A stretch of 64,000 nucleotides of DNA from an uncultured delta proteobacterium (GTDB lineage Bacteria > Myxococcota > Myxococcia > Myxococcales > Myxococcaceae). The DNA lies in NCBI GenBank assembly GCA_963713045.1, contig CAVQKE010000003.1:1184001-1248000 (forward strand), read 5' to 3'. Made by a program: the position numbers and the translations under genes. Shown here piece after piece: positions 50,019-62,172 of this stretch; position 1 is the stretch's first letter, and each line of letters starts with the position of its first letter. The notes beneath the pieces were generated by a model. The model was not told the origin of the DNA, did no database searches, and was given only the letters and a program-made list of their open reading frames with translations.

Positions 50019-50795
50019 TTAGGCCGTGATGGCGACACTCACCGGTGGAAGACTTCCCACCTGCAGGGATACCGTCTGGCCAGCGCGCAATGGCTCGGCG
50101 ACGGTGGCAGCCCCGGCCAGGACAATGCTGTCCGGTGGCAACGCGCGTCCCCGGGCGTCTAACAGGGCACACAGCTGCACCACCGACAGCCAGGGGTCCC
50201 CGGAGATGGCGCTCCCCTTGGCCTTTTGGCGAACGACGCCGTCCACCGCCATGGCCAACTCCAGCTGGCCCAGATGCAGCCCGTCGACGTCCGCCCAGAC
50301 GTCGGCCAGGACGAAGTGCGAAGAAGACGCATTGTCCGCCACCACGTCAGGCAGGCTGAAGTATTTGAAGTCCCGGTAGCGCGAATCCAAAATCTCCAAG
50401 GCTGCACCGACGCCGCTGCAGGCCGCCACCACCTCGGCTCGGCCCGGGCACCCCTGGAGCCCTTCTGCGAAATGGAAGGCAATTTCCGGCTCAATTTTGG
50501 GGTGAAGGGTGCCCGCCATCCGGAAGACGCCGCCCACCCGCATTTCTTCCGTCAGGACGCCGTAGATGGGCGCGCCCAGGCCCATTTGTTGGCGCTTGGC
50601 CTCCGAGGTGAGTCCCATTTTCAAGCCGACGACGCGCTCCCCGTGCTCTCGGCGTAGGGCGATTCCGGCGTCCAAAATGCGGTACGCCTGCTCCAGCGTG
50701 AGGTCCGGAAACTCCAGGGTCAGGCGTTCCACCTCCCGCCCGGAAAGCCGCGCGTCGTCCAGCCGGCGCGCCAGTGCATTCACGTTGAGAACCAT
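50019..50795 (-). CDS. 4-oxalocrotonate decarboxylase / 2-keto-4-pentenoate hydratase family (FAH superfamily)
   Basis: ATG 50795; GLKMGLTS, KIEPEIAF, ALEILDSRY and VVADNASS motifs; divergent from the kynurenine operon. Confidence 0.88.
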   Translation of the reverse strand: MVLNVNALARRLDDARLSGREVERLTLEFPDLTLEQAYRILDAGIALRREHGERVVGLKMGLTSEAKRQQMGLGAPIYGVLTEEMRVGGVFRMAGTLHPKIEPEIAFHFAEGLQGCPGRAEVVAACSGVGAALEILDSRYRDFKYFSLPDVVADNASSSHFVLADVWADVDGLHLGQLELAMAVDGVVRQKAKGSAISGDPWLSVVQLCALLDARGRALPPDSIVLAGAATVAEPLRAGQTVSLQVGSLPPVSVAITA

Positions 50796-50909
50796 CCGCG
50801 GCAATCCTCTTGACTGCCCCTCCAGTACGCCGCTGGCCTTCACCCGAGGCCCCTGGGGCGTGAGAGGCAGTCCACCCCAGGGCGCCCATGCTAGGACAGG
50901 TGGTGGGCG

Positions 50910-52352
50910 ATGGTGACCGTCCAGAACCACATTGACGGCCGGCAGGTGCCGGCAGCGTCTGGCGCGACGCTGGACAACTGGGAGCCGGCCACCGGCGCCG
51001 TGTCCGGCACCCTGCCCGACTCGGACGGCGTGGACGTCGCCGCCGCAGTCCGGGCCGCCGAGCGGGCCTTCCCCGCCTGGGCCTCCACCCCGGCGGCCGA
51101 GCGTTCCCGGACACTGCACCGCCTGGCGGAAGCCCTCCGCGCACGGTTGGCGGAACTGGCCCAGGCCGAGTCCGCTGACACCGGAAAGCCCCTTTCGCTG
51201 GCCGCCTCGATGGACATTCCTCGGGCGGTGGCCAACTTCGACTTTTTTGCCGATGCCGCCAGCCAATTCAGCAGCGAGGCCCACCCGATGGAGGGCCAGG
51301 CCCTCAACTACACGCTGCGGAGCCCGCTCGGCGTGGTGGGCTGCATTTCGCCGTGGAACCTCCCCCTCTACCTCCTCTCCTGGAAGGTGGCACCGGCGCT
51401 GGCCGCCGGAAACTGCGTGGTGGCCAAGCCGTCGGAGTTGACGCCAGTCACGGCAGACTGGCTTGGCCGCCTCTCCGCCGAGGCCGGACTGCCGCCCGGA
51501 GTCCTCAACCTGGTGCATGGACTCGGGCCCAAAGTGGGTGCCGCCCTCACCGCCCACCCCGGGGTGAAGGCCATCTCCTTCACCGGTGGCACCCGCACCG
51601 GTGCGGAAATTGCCCGTGCCGCAGGACCGGCCTTTAAGAAGCTTTCGCTGGAGATGGGCGGGAAGAATCCCACCCTCGTCTTCGCCGACTGTGATTTTGA
51701 GGCGGCGCTCGCCGGGACGCTTCGGTCGGCCTTCACCAACCAGGGCCAAATTTGCCTCTGTGGCTCGCGCATTCTGGTCGAAGCCTCGCTGTACCCGCGC
51801 TTCCGTGACGCGCTGGTGGAACGCACCCGGGCGCTCCGGATGGGCGACCCGCTGATGGCCGAGACCCAGCAGGGTGCGCTGGTCAGCCGACAGCACTTGG
51901 AAAAGGTGCTGGGCTGTCTGGACGTCGCCCGGGGCGAGGCGGGGCGCCTGTTGTGTGGAGGCAAACGTGTCCTAGTCCCCGGCCGCTGTCAGGACGGCTA
52001 CTTCGTGGAGCCCACCTTGCTGGAGGGCCTGGGTCCGGAGACCCGAACCAACCAGGAGGAGATTTTCGGGCCGGTGGCCACGCTCCAGCCCTTCCAGTCC
52101 GACCAGGAGGCACTGGCGCTGGCCAATGCCACCGCCTACGGCCTCGCGGCGTCGGTTTGGACCTCCAGCCTGACGCGTGCCCACCGTGTCGCCGCTCGGC
52201 TTCAGTCGGGAATTGTGTGGGTGAATTGCTGGATGCTTCGAGACCTGCGCACTCCCTTCGGCGGCGTGAAGGAGTCGGGCGTGGGCCGAGAGGGTGGCGT
52301 CGAGTCGCTGCGCTTTTTCACCGAGCCGCAAAACGTCTGCATCCAGCTGTAG
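50910..52352 (+). CDS. 2-aminomuconate 6-semialdehyde dehydrogenase
   Basis: ALDH motifs ISPWNLPLYLL, LEMGGKN, GQICLCGSR, EEIFGPV and RDLRTPFGG; pathway context. Confidence 0.85.
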   Translation: MVTVQNHIDGRQVPAASGATLDNWEPATGAVSGTLPDSDGVDVAAAVRAAERAFPAWASTPAAERSRTLHRLAEALRARLAELAQAESADTGKPLSLAASMDIPRAVANFDFFADAASQFSSEAHPMEGQALNYTLRSPLGVVGCISPWNLPLYLLSWKVAPALAAGNCVVAKPSELTPVTADWLGRLSAEAGLPPGVLNLVHGLGPKVGAALTAHPGVKAISFTGGTRTGAEIARAAGPAFKKLSLEMGGKNPTLVFADCDFEAALAGTLRSAFTNQGQICLCGSRILVEASLYPRFRDALVERTRALRMGDPLMAETQQGALVSRQHLEKVLGCLDVARGEAGRLLCGGKRVLVPGRCQDGYFVEPTLLEGLGPETRTNQEEIFGPVATLQPFQSDQEALALANATAYGLAASVWTSSLTRAHRVAARLQSGIVWVNCWMLRDLRTPFGGVKESGVGREGGVESLRFFTEPQNVCIQL

Positions 52353-53309
<957 letters not shown>

Positions 53310-53310
<1 letters not shown>

Positions 53311-54324
53311 TGGCCACCGTCGACGTGCACACCCATCTCTTGCCGCCCGAACTGCCTCGGTGGCGGGAGAAGTTCGGCTATGGCGGCTTCATTCACCTCG
53401 AGCCCTGTGGCCCAGGGCGCGCCCGCATGGTGCGTGACGACGGGACGCACTTCCGCGAAGTGCAAAGCAACCTGTGGGACGCCGAGACGCGCCTCACCGA
53501 AGCAGACGCGGCGGGCGTGGACGTCCAAGTGCTGTCCACCGTCCCGGTCATGTTTTCCTACTGGGCCAAGCCCAAAGACACCCTCGAATTGGCCCGCCAC
53601 CTGAATGACCACCTGGCCAGCGTGGTGCGCAGTCGGCCCAAGCGCTTCCTCGGCCTCGGGACGCTTCCCATGCAGGACGCCTCGCTGGCCACGGCTGAGC
53701 TGGAGCGCTGCGTACGGCAGCTGGGCCTGGCCGGCGTCCAAATCGGTAGCCACGTCAGCGACCGGAATTTGAGCGACCCAGCCCTCTTCGAGGTCTTCGC
53801 CGCAGCGGCGGAGCTCGGCGCCGCCGTCTTCGTCCATCCCTGGGACATGATGGGGGAGGCACGGATGCGCAAGTATTGGCTGCCGTGGCTGGTGGGAATG
53901 CCGGCCGAAGTCTCGCTGGCAATTTGCAGCATTCTCTTCGGCGGCGTCCTCGAGCGGCTCCCCTCGCTGAGGATTGCCTTTGCGCACGGCGGGGGCGCTT
54001 TCCCCGGGACGTTTGGACGCATCGCGCACGGCTTCGAGGTGCGGCCGGACTTGGTGGCGGTGGACAACCCGGTGCACCCGCGTAACTACCTGGGACGTTT
54101 CTGGGTGGACAGCTTGGTTCACGACGCCGACACACTGCGAAACGTCGTTGGCCTGTTTGGTCCCTCTCACGTCATGCTCGGCAGCGACTACCCTTTCCCG
54201 CTGGGCGAGGCGTGTCCCCGGCAGCCTGATTCGCTCGCTTCCGGAACTGACCGCTCCGGCGCGGGCCCGCCTTCTGGGCGACAACGCTTGGGCGTGGCTC
54301 GGTGGAAAGCCGGTGGAGGGATGA
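53310..54324 (+). CDS. Aminocarboxymuconate-semialdehyde decarboxylase (ACMSD); frameshift at C4 run ~54216-54219
   Basis: [38 protein letters not shown] and [11 protein letters not shown]-terminus in ORF 53974..54324. Confidence 0.9.
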
Positions 54325-55590
54325 CTTTCGAAGACTCTGAGCGCTTCGCCCGCGGCCTCGACGCGGCAGACCTCCTCGTCCGTTTCCGGGACGCCTTCCT
54401 CATCCCCCCTGGGCCGGATGGAAAGCCTTGCGTCTACCTCGCCGGTAACTCGCTCGGGCTGCAGCCCCGGAAGGCGCGCACCTACGTCGATTGAAGCGCT
54501 GGAGGCTTGGCAGATGCTGGGGGTGGAAGGCCACGTCCAGGGCGTCCACCCCTGGATGCCCTACCATGAGCTGCTCACCGCCTCGACGGCGCGCCTGGTG
54601 GGGGCCGAGCCGGAAGAAGTGGTGGTGATGAATACCCTCAGCGTCAACCTGCATCTCATGATGGTCAGCTTCTACCAGCCGACGCCGAAACGCTTTCGGG
54701 TGCTGATGGAGGCGGACGCCTTCCCTTCGGACCGCTACGCCGTCGCCTCCCAGGTGCGCTTCCACGGCTATGCGCCCGAGGCGGCGGTGGTGGAAGTGCC
54801 TCCCCGGCCCGGGGAGGACGCGCTTCGAGCCGAGGACCTGCTGGGCGCCATCGAAAGGGAGGGGCCGGGGCTGGCCCTGGTGCTGCTGGGCAATGTGAAT
54901 TACCTCACCGGACAAGCCTTCGACGTGGCAGCCGTGACGCGCGCCGCGCACGCCGTTGGCGCACGCGTCGGCTTCGACCTCGCTCACGGCGCAGGAAACC
55001 TCCGGCTCCGGCTCCACGACGATGGGCCGGACTTCGCTGTGTGGTGCAGCTACAAGTACCTCAACGGTGGTCCAGGCTCCCTGGGAGGCGTCTTCGTCCA
55101 TGGCCGGCACCGCGACGGCCACGCCCTTCCGCGCTTTGAGGGCTGGTGGGGCCACGACAAGGCCTCGCGCTTCCAGATGCCGGCGCGCTTCGCCTCGCTG
55201 CCAGGCGCCGAAGGCTGGCAGCTCTCCAACCCCCCCATTCTGCAGCTCGCCGCGCTGCGCGCTTCGATGGAGCTTTTCGCGGAGGCGGGGATGGGCCCCC
55301 TGGTGGAGAAACGGGAGCGGCTCACCAATTTTCTCGCCTTCCTGCTTCAGGGACTGCCCGGAGAGGGCGCGCGGCTGCTGACCCCGCAGGACCCGAAGCA
55401 GCGGGGCGCCCAGCTTTCCCTCAAGCTGCGCAGCGACGCACGCACGCTGGTTCACCGACTGGGTGAGGCCGGAATGGTGGTCGACTTTCGCCCTCCGGAC
55501 ATTCTCCGCGCCGCCCCGGTGCCGCTCTACAACAGCTTCATGGATGTCTGGCGCTTCGCCCGGACACTTCGCAGCCATGTCTGCGCCTGA
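54321..55590 (+). CDS. kynU: Kynureninase; frameshift at ~54491
   Basis: [11 protein letters not shown] in the first frame; [30 protein letters not shown] and GWQLSNPPI in the second frame. Confidence 0.92.
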
Positions 55591-56959
55591 CCGCTACACG
55601 CTGGTCGGCGCGGGGCTGGTGGGCTCGCTGTTGGCCCTCTTCTTGGCGCGGCGCGGGGCGGAGGTGCGCGTCTTGGAGCGCCGAGCGGATTTACGCAAGG
55701 AAGAGATTCGCGCCGGACGCAGCATCAACCTGGCCATCAGCGTCCGCGGCCTTCATGCCCTGGGGCGGGTGGGGCTTGAGGAGCGCACGCTGGCGCACGC
55801 CATTGCCATGCGGGGGCGGGCCATTCATCCCCTCGACGGGGCGATGGCTTTCCAACCCTACGGCAAGGACGACACGCAGTGCATTCACTCCATTTCCCGG
55901 GCCTGGCTCAACGCGATGCTGCTCTCCGAGGCTGAGGCGACCGGCCGCGTCCAGCTGGACTTTCATCACCGCGTCACGACGGCGGACGTCGCTTCGGGGA
56001 ACCTGACAGCGGTGAATGACCGGACCCACCACCAGCAGGTGGTGCAAGCCACAGCGGTGGTGGGAACCGACGGAGCCAGCTCGGTGGTACGCGAATCCGT
56101 CGTCCTGGCCGAAGGCGGGACCAGCACCGAGGACCGCCTTCAGCATGGTTACAAAGAAATTACCCTGCCGGCCGGCCCAGGCGGCAGCTTCCGGCTGGAG
56201 AAGCATGCCCTGCACATTTGGCCGCGGCGCGACTTCATGCTGATTGCACTGCCCAACCTGGATGGCAGCTTCACCTGCACCTTGTTTTTGCGGTTTGCCG
56301 GCAACCCCTCCTTCGAGAGGCTGAAGGAGCCGGAAGACGTCCGCAGCTTTTTTTCCCAACACTTTCCGGACGTGCTCGCCCTGCTTCCGGACCTGGAAAC
56401 CCAATTTTTCGAGAACCCCACCGGCAGCATGGTGACGGTGAAGTGCTGGCCCTGGGCGGCCGAGTCGCGGGCGGTGCTGCTGGGCGACGCCGCCCACGCG
56501 ATTGTCCCTTTCTTCGGCCAGGGGATGAATTGCGGCTTCGAGGACTGCGAGGTGCTGGACGACGTCCTTGGCCACTCTCGGGACTTGGGAGCGGCCTTTC
56601 GAGAATTTGCCCTTTTGCGCAAGCCGAACGCCGACGCCATTGCGGACATGGCCGTGGAGAATTTCATCGAAATGCGAGACAGCGTGGCGGACGCGCGCTT
56701 TCTTTTGGAGAAAGCCATTGAGAGGCGTCTCCTCAACGCTTTCCCGGGAGAATTTCTCTCCCGCTACGCGCTGGTGACATTCAGCCGCGTCCCCTACCGG
56801 CAGGCGTATGACATTGGACGCGTCGCTGCGGACGTCGTCGCAGAGGTGGCCACTGGCGTGAAGTCCGCCGAGGAGGTGGACCTGGCGGCTGCCCGACGGC
56901 TGGTCCACACCCGCCTGGCACCGCTGGTGAGCCATTTGCCGAAGGACGCACTGGGTTAA
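55577..56959 (+). CDS. kmo: Kynurenine 3-monooxygenase
   Basis: ATG 55577; GAGLVG, GRSINLA, HGYKE, LHIWPR and GDAAHAIVPFFGQGMNCGFED motifs. Confidence 0.93.
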   Translation: MSAPDRYTLVGAGLVGSLLALFLARRGAEVRVLERRADLRKEEIRAGRSINLAISVRGLHALGRVGLEERTLAHAIAMRGRAIHPLDGAMAFQPYGKDDTQCIHSISRAWLNAMLLSEAEATGRVQLDFHHRVTTADVASGNLTAVNDRTHHQQVVQATAVVGTDGASSVVRESVVLAEGGTSTEDRLQHGYKEITLPAGPGGSFRLEKHALHIWPRRDFMLIALPNLDGSFTCTLFLRFAGNPSFERLKEPEDVRSFFSQHFPDVLALLPDLETQFFENPTGSMVTVKCWPWAAESRAVLLGDAAHAIVPFFGQGMNCGFEDCEVLDDVLGHSRDLGAAFREFALLRKPNADAIADMAVENFIEMRDSVADARFLLEKAIERRLLNAFPGEFLSRYALVTFSRVPYRQAYDIGRVAADVVAEVATGVKSAEEVDLAAARRLVHTRLAPLVSHLPKDALG

Positions 56960-57001
56960 AGCCGGCGCCAAAGACGCGGGGCTGCCCCAGGCGCTGCTGC
57001 C

Positions 57002-57265
57002 TTAGGTCCGCGAATGCGCGCCAGGCCGCAGGTCCACCGGAAGCTGGACCTGGGTGCCGGCCTTCAGCTGCCGGAGCTCCTCCTCGAGCTCCGCCACCCG
57101 GAGCTCGAGGGCGGCGTTTGCGCCCTGGATGCGCAGCTTGGCCCAGTCCGCCAGCAGGGGGCGGACGGCCATTCGGACCCCGGCGGCGAGCACGGCGAGG
57201 AAGACCGAGCTCGCGATGACCATGGCGACGATGAACCTCAAAACGTCACTGCCCGAGAACGTCAA
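57002..57265 (-). CDS. Small membrane protein with C-terminal coiled coil
   Basis: TTG 57265 preceded by GGAGGT; one TM helix then LELRVAELEEELRQL. Confidence 0.6.
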   Translation of the reverse strand: MTFSGSDVLRFIVAMVIASSVFLAVLAAGVRMAVRPLLADWAKLRIQGANAALELRVAELEEELRQLKAGTQVQLPVDLRPGAHSRT

Positions 57266-57641
57266 GCCGCACCTCCGCGTTTTCCACCCATACGCCACCC
57301 AGAGCTCGTCATTGCAACCGGTGCAAAGCAGACAGTCGCCGCCCCTGAATTCCATTGCTTAGCCCGGGTGCTCGGGCAGGGGCCTTCGCCAGGCCTCAAA
57401 CGCGCTCGGCCTGTGCCCATCCAGCCCCGAGGCCGGACCACAGCGGAATCAGACTGACCGTTGGAACCGCGCTGGACCCGGCACGCCACCCAGTCGCTCG
57501 ACCCCCGGTGGCCCTTTTTCTTGAAGAGATGGTCCCCGGGAACCACGGATAGAATCGCAACAGACCAAAGCCGTGCCTGTGTCGACTCCACACCACGAGT
57601 CCTTCTGGTGCCGCATGCGCCTTCAGCGCTGAGGGTCGCCA

Positions 57642-58403
57642 TCAGGCCAACGACTCGATGGTCTTCAGCACCGTTGGCCAATGCGGCGACGTTGGCTCAA
57701 TCACGTCGAAGTGGCCGCCACCCTTCAGCGTTACCAGATGTGCGTCGTCGCCCGCGGCCTGCGCCTTCTGCGCATAGGCTGGACTCAGCGCATAGGGAAC
57801 GTCCTCGTCTTCCGTCCCATGGACCAGGATGGTCGGCACGCCCAGCGGAAGAAGTTCCACTGGAGAGGCCGCCCGGTACCGTTCTGGGACTTGTTCCGGG
57901 CTGCCGCCGAGAAACTCGCGCACCACCCCACTGCTGAGATTGAGGCGCGACGCGGCAGCCAAGTCACTGACGGCCGCCAGCGCAACCACGCCGGCCAGTG
58001 TCAGTCCAGCGGACTTCGCATGCGCGTTGCGAACGCCCCACAGAGCCAGCTGGCCGCCGGCTGAGTGCCCCACCAGCAGCACCCGGGAGAAGCCAATCCC
58101 CATTTGCGCGGCCTCTCCGGGAAGAGCGTGCAGGGCATGCGCGACGTCGTCCAACGTCCCCGGCCAGCCGCCGCCCGGCTCTCCAAGCCTCCGGTATTCC
58201 AGCGAGGCCACGGCGAAGCCGGAGGCAGCCAGCGCCGTACAGAAGGGCCGAAGGTGGTCGAGGTTATACCGGGCGCGCCAGTAGCCGCCGTGGATGGCCA
58301 CCGCCAGAAGGCGCCTGGGTGCCCCGACCGGCGCGAGCCACTCCACAAACTGCGAGGCTTCAATCCCATACGTTGTGCGGCGTGCTGTTTCACTTTGGGG
58401 CAC
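57642..58403 (-). CDS. Alpha/beta hydrolase (candidate kynurenine formamidase)
   Basis: HGGYW, EYRR, GHSAGG, HGTEDEDVP and GHF motifs. Start uncertain (GTG 58403 or 58448). Confidence 0.8.
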   Translation of the reverse strand: MPQSETARRTTYGIEASQFVEWLAPVGAPRRLLAVAIHGGYWRARYNLDHLRPFCTALAASGFAVASLEYRRLGEPGGGWPGTLDDVAHALHALPGEAAQMGIGFSRVLLVGHSAGGQLALWGVRNAHAKSAGLTLAGVVALAAVSDLAAASRLNLSSGVVREFLGGSPEQVPERYRAASPVELLPLGVPTILVHGTEDEDVPYALSPAYAQKAQAAGDDAHLVTLKGGGHFDVIEPTSPHWPTVLKTIESLA

Positions 58404-58482
58404 TGTGGGAGGCCTCCGCGGAGCTGATGCGGGCCAAAGGACTCGCAAAGCCTTACCAGTCTACGACTGACAGGCTAGCCCT

Positions 58483-58498
58483 CGGCGAGTGTCTTGCT
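58483..58498 (+). promoter_or_regulatory. Putative sigma54 (-24/-12) promoter
   Basis: CGGCGAGTGTCTTGCT: GG(58484)-N10-GC(58496) with TTGCT, upstream of the orphan gene at 58565. Confidence 0.45.
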
Positions 58499-58564
58499 TT
58501 AAGAAGCACATTCAACGCTGCCTCGGCGGCGCCAAACCTAGTACCCAACAAAAGGGGGGTACCC

Positions 58565-58915
58565 ATGGCGGGCGAAACTGGGAAGCGACTGAATTTGGCG
58601 GAGCGCCAGAGTCAGCTCGATCAGGACGGCTACGCAGCGAAAGTGCAGGCCAAATTTTGGTCCGAAGCCAACGTGACGGGCCTCAGCGTCCTCGTCATCG
58701 GCCAGCGCTACCCGGGCACGGGGCGGGTCGAATTGGCGCTGAGGATTCACGTGGACGGGACGGACCCCATCGCCGCGCGCCAAGGGACGGCGACCTCGAA
58801 GGACGGGGCGAGCCGCTTTACCTTCTTTCAGAACCCAAGCTCGGTCTTCACCCACAGCTATTCCGCTTACGCCGACGCCAGCTACAACGGGGCCGACCCG
58901 CCGACCTTCCCCTAA
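58565..58915 (+). CDS. Hypothetical 116-aa protein (ends GADPPTFP), upstream of the CHAT gene
   Basis: ATG 58565 after a purine-rich AAAAGGGGGG; normal GC3-rich codons; no recognised motif. Confidence 0.7.
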   Translation: MAGETGKRLNLAERQSQLDQDGYAAKVQAKFWSEANVTGLSVLVIGQRYPGTGRVELALRIHVDGTDPIAARQGTATSKDGASRFTFFQNPSSVFTHSYSAYADASYNGADPPTFP

Positions 58916-58981
58916 GCGCTGTCTCGCCGGCTGCTGGCGAATGGCGCGGCCTGCCGCCGGCAAGGCATACTGCTGCGCGCC

Positions 58982-61277
58982 GTGTGGGGGACTTGGGCAC
59001 CCGTTCTTCTGCTCGCCACGTCGATGGCCATCGGCCATGACGGGTGGACAACCGACGTTGCTGGCTGTGACGAGGGCAGTTCGCGTCAAGTCGCCGAGAC
59101 CTGTGCCGCCCTGAGCCGCAGGCTGGAGTCCAAAGACGCCGCCGTCCTTTCAGCGCTGGCCTTCGTCCTGTCCGGGGACTACCCCCAGGCCAGAGCAGTG
59201 CTCTCCTCCTTCGAGAGCAGTGGCGACCCGCTGGTGCTTTCCCGCCTCGGCTGGCTCGACTCGGTGCGGGGCGAGCATCAGCTTGCCCTGGATGAGTTTC
59301 GCCGGGCCGTTGAGGCCGCCGAGCGCCAAGCGGACCGCTCCTTAGTGGCCAAGGTGAAAACCCGTTTCGCTTACGTCTTGTACCAAACCAGCCATTACAC
59401 CGAAGCCGTCCAAATGTTGGATGCACTGCTCGCTGGGCCTCCCGGAACATTGGCACTGTCCGACGAGCGGGACGCGCGGCTGAGACTCGCTCGCGCATTG
59501 AATTACCTGGGCGATGGGCCCGCGGCCGAGGCGGAGCTCCGCAGGTTGAATCAAGCTCTCGGGGCGAGTCCGCCCTTGTCGCTGGAGCTCCTTTTCGAGG
59601 CGCAGCTGCAGGCGGACGACGACCAGCTGCGCTCGGCCGACGAGTTATTGCAGCAAGCCCAGCTCGCCGCTCGGCGCGAGGGACGACCCACTTACGAAGC
59701 CAGCGCCGTCATCAACCGAGTGATGATTGCAGCGGATGAGGCCAATTGGGTGCAGGTGCGCGTCCTTGCGACCCAGGCCCGGGGCTTCCCCAACCTACAA
59801 GCCATGGACCGAGGCGAGCTTGCCTTTCTCGAGGGAATCGCCGCCCGGGGCGAGCACCGACTTGAAGAGGCCAGACGCCTGTTGACCCAGGCGCTCGAGC
59901 TGTTGCCGCCCAACCGCCGTTGGGAGGTGCAGACCGAGTTGGGGTTGACCGTTTGGCGCCTGGGGGACGTCGAGGCGGCTATCACCTTCTTGGAGGAGGC
60001 AATTTCACAAATCGAATCTCAGCGGAACCAACTCGGCAATGCGAGTCTCCGGGCAGTCTCCACCGGCAACCGGGAGAGCCCTTTTGATGCCCTCTTCGAG
60101 ATTTACGCCGAAGCGGGAAATGCCGAAGCGGCGCTGGCCACACTGCAGCGCTCCCTGGCCAGTCGCCTGGTGGAGGAAGTCGCTGAAGCCTCCAACGGGG
60201 CCGGCCATCGGGTCAGCGATGCGCTCGACCGAAGCGCGGCAGCACAAAAGCTGAACGAAGCAACCCGCGCGCTGACCGGCCAGGAAAGCGTCTCCAGCCG
60301 GGACGCCCGCTTTGTCGCCTTCGTCCGCACCGAGACGCATTCCTGGGCCCTGGTCCACTCCGCCGAAGGCCTTCAGCTGGTCTCGGTCAAGCTGGCACCC
60401 GACACCTTCTGCGCCTTGATGAACAAATTCGGAGAGGGCTTCGACGACGATGTGGGACGGCAACTGGGGGCGAGATGTTTCCCGCCTCGACGCTCGCGCG
60501 CTTGGGACCGCGCTTCGCCATCATCCTGCCAAGCTGCGCGCGCGGCTTCCCAGTTGCCGCGCTGCCGTTGGGGGAAGGCCGACTGGTCGACCGGGCCGTC
60601 GTCAGCATTGCGCCGGACGTTTCGGCAGCCACCGTTCGGCGGACCGGCGAAAGCCCTCGCGGTGGCGTGGTGCTGGCCGACCCATTCCAGGACTTGCCTG
60701 CCGCCCGCACCGAGGCCGAATGGACCGGCCGGCTGACGGGGCCGAAGTCCGCTTGGGGGAAGCTGCTTCGCAGGCTGCCCTCGCCAATTCCGGAGGGCAC
60801 CTTTTGCACTTCGCCACCCATACGCTGGTGGAGGTGGCCGGGCCGGCCTTGGTTCTCGCCGACCGCAACGTCACGGTGACCGACATTCTCCAGCGGCGCC
60901 TCCACGCGGATTTGGTGGTGCTCGCCAGCTGCCACTCGGGCACGCAGCTGAAAACCACGGCGGCAGAAACACTCTCCACCGCATTCCTCCGCGCGGGCAG
61001 CCATGCAGTGTTGGCCACCCTGCGGTCCGTCGAAGACGCGTTCGCCTTCGAGGTTGTCCGGGCCTTCTACCTGCAGGGCGGACTCGACGACCCGGCCGGC
61101 GCCCTGGCCAAAGTCCAGCGCCAGCTGGCCCGCAGCGAGCCCCCCGCGCGATGGGCAGCGTTTTTCGTCGCAGGAAGTCCCGGCGTGGTGGATGCGCCAC
61201 GGCTCCAACGACAGAAGCACACGGAGTTGGGGGCTGCCGCACGGCCGGGACCCGGGCTCGTCGACCGCCGCCGCTAG
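58982..61277 (+). CDS. TPR-CHAT (caspase-like clan CD) protease; two frameshifts at G runs 60466-60470 and 60738-60741
   Basis: Hydrophobic N-terminus and TPR-like helices, AISQIESQR, VLADP..DLPAARTEA, catalytic LHFATH and VLASC, AFLRAG, WAAF. Adding one G at each run joins ORFs 58982, 60475 and 60450 into about 765 aa. Confidence 0.85.
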
Positions 61278-61512
61278 CCGCAGGACGGCGGTCGACTGCC
61301 CCCCAGAGAGAGGGCTCCGGCAAAGGAGCTTTCGCCCAGTGACAGGCCCTCCGCCCGGCCGCAAAGCCCCGTCGCTTGGAGTCGACGGGGCGCTGCGGGC
61401 ATCGCCAGAAAGGCGCCGGCTGCCTGCCGTCCACCACCAGGACGCCCGGGGTCATCCTCCAGGGGCTGTGGCATCTGCCGGGCCCTTGTCGCCTCTCTCC
61501 CCAAGAAGGCAC

Positions 61513-62172
61513 ATGTCTCTTGAGTTGCTTGACCGACAAGGGTCTCACCCGTACGGTGTGGTTGGACACATTCACCCACACCGCCGCGCAAGGCCCTTCC
61601 ACATGCAGGACAGTGCGGACTCTGAGGCAGCGGTGCTTGAGGCCCTGTCCCGGAATGACCGCAAAGGGGCGCTGACGCTTCTGATGGGCCTCTATGGAAA
61701 GTCCCTCTACAACTACTGCCGCCACATGCTGGGCGATTCGACGCTCGCCGAGGACGTCCAACAAACGACGTTTGTTCAGGCCTACTCAGACTTCGGGCGC
61801 TACCGCGGACGTTCCTCGCTTCGCAATTGGCTGCAGGGCATCGCACGACACCGGTGTCTGGACACGTTGAAGATGCGTCGACGCGAAGGCAAACACGTGG
61901 AACAGAGCGAGTCGCCGCCGGACGTCGCGACCGACCAGCCGACGATGGAGGAGCAGCTTCAGGTCGGCTCCATCGGCAAGCACCTTGCCGGCTGCCTCGG
62001 ACGTCTGGACGTCGAGGTGCGTGAGGCCATCCTGCTGCGCTTCATGGAGCAACTGAGTTACCAGGAGATGGCCCAAATGACGGGCGTCCGTGCCGCCACG
62101 CTGCAAATGCGCGTCGCGCGCGCCATGAAGGGGCTTCGCCAGTGCCTCGAGGCCGCGGGAGTCACGCCATGA
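61513..62172 (+). CDS. ECF RNA polymerase sigma factor
   Basis: LAEDVQQTTFVQAY, SSLRNWLQGIARHRCLD and LSYQEMAQMTG..TLQMRVAR; start 61513 or 61603. Confidence 0.9.
   Translation: MSLELLDRQGSHPYGVVGHIHPHRRARPFHMQDSADSEAAVLEALSRNDRKGALTLLMGLYGKSLYNYCRHMLGDSTLAEDVQQTTFVQAYSDFGRYRGRSSLRNWLQGIARHRCLDTLKMRRREGKHVEQSESPPDVATDQPTMEEQLQVGSIGKHLAGCLGRLDVEVREAILLRFMEQLSYQEMAQMTGVRAATLQMRVARAMKGLRQCLEAAGVTP

Noticed and set aside
57266..57641. Possible ncRNA or small gene in the gap
   Set aside because: No convincing ORF, stem set or terminator seen by eye.
61319..61400. c-di-GMP-I riboswitch (GGCAAA...GCAAAGC)
   Set aside because: No GNRA loop/receptor (CCUAA...AUGG) and wrong spacing; kept only as a generic structured spacer.
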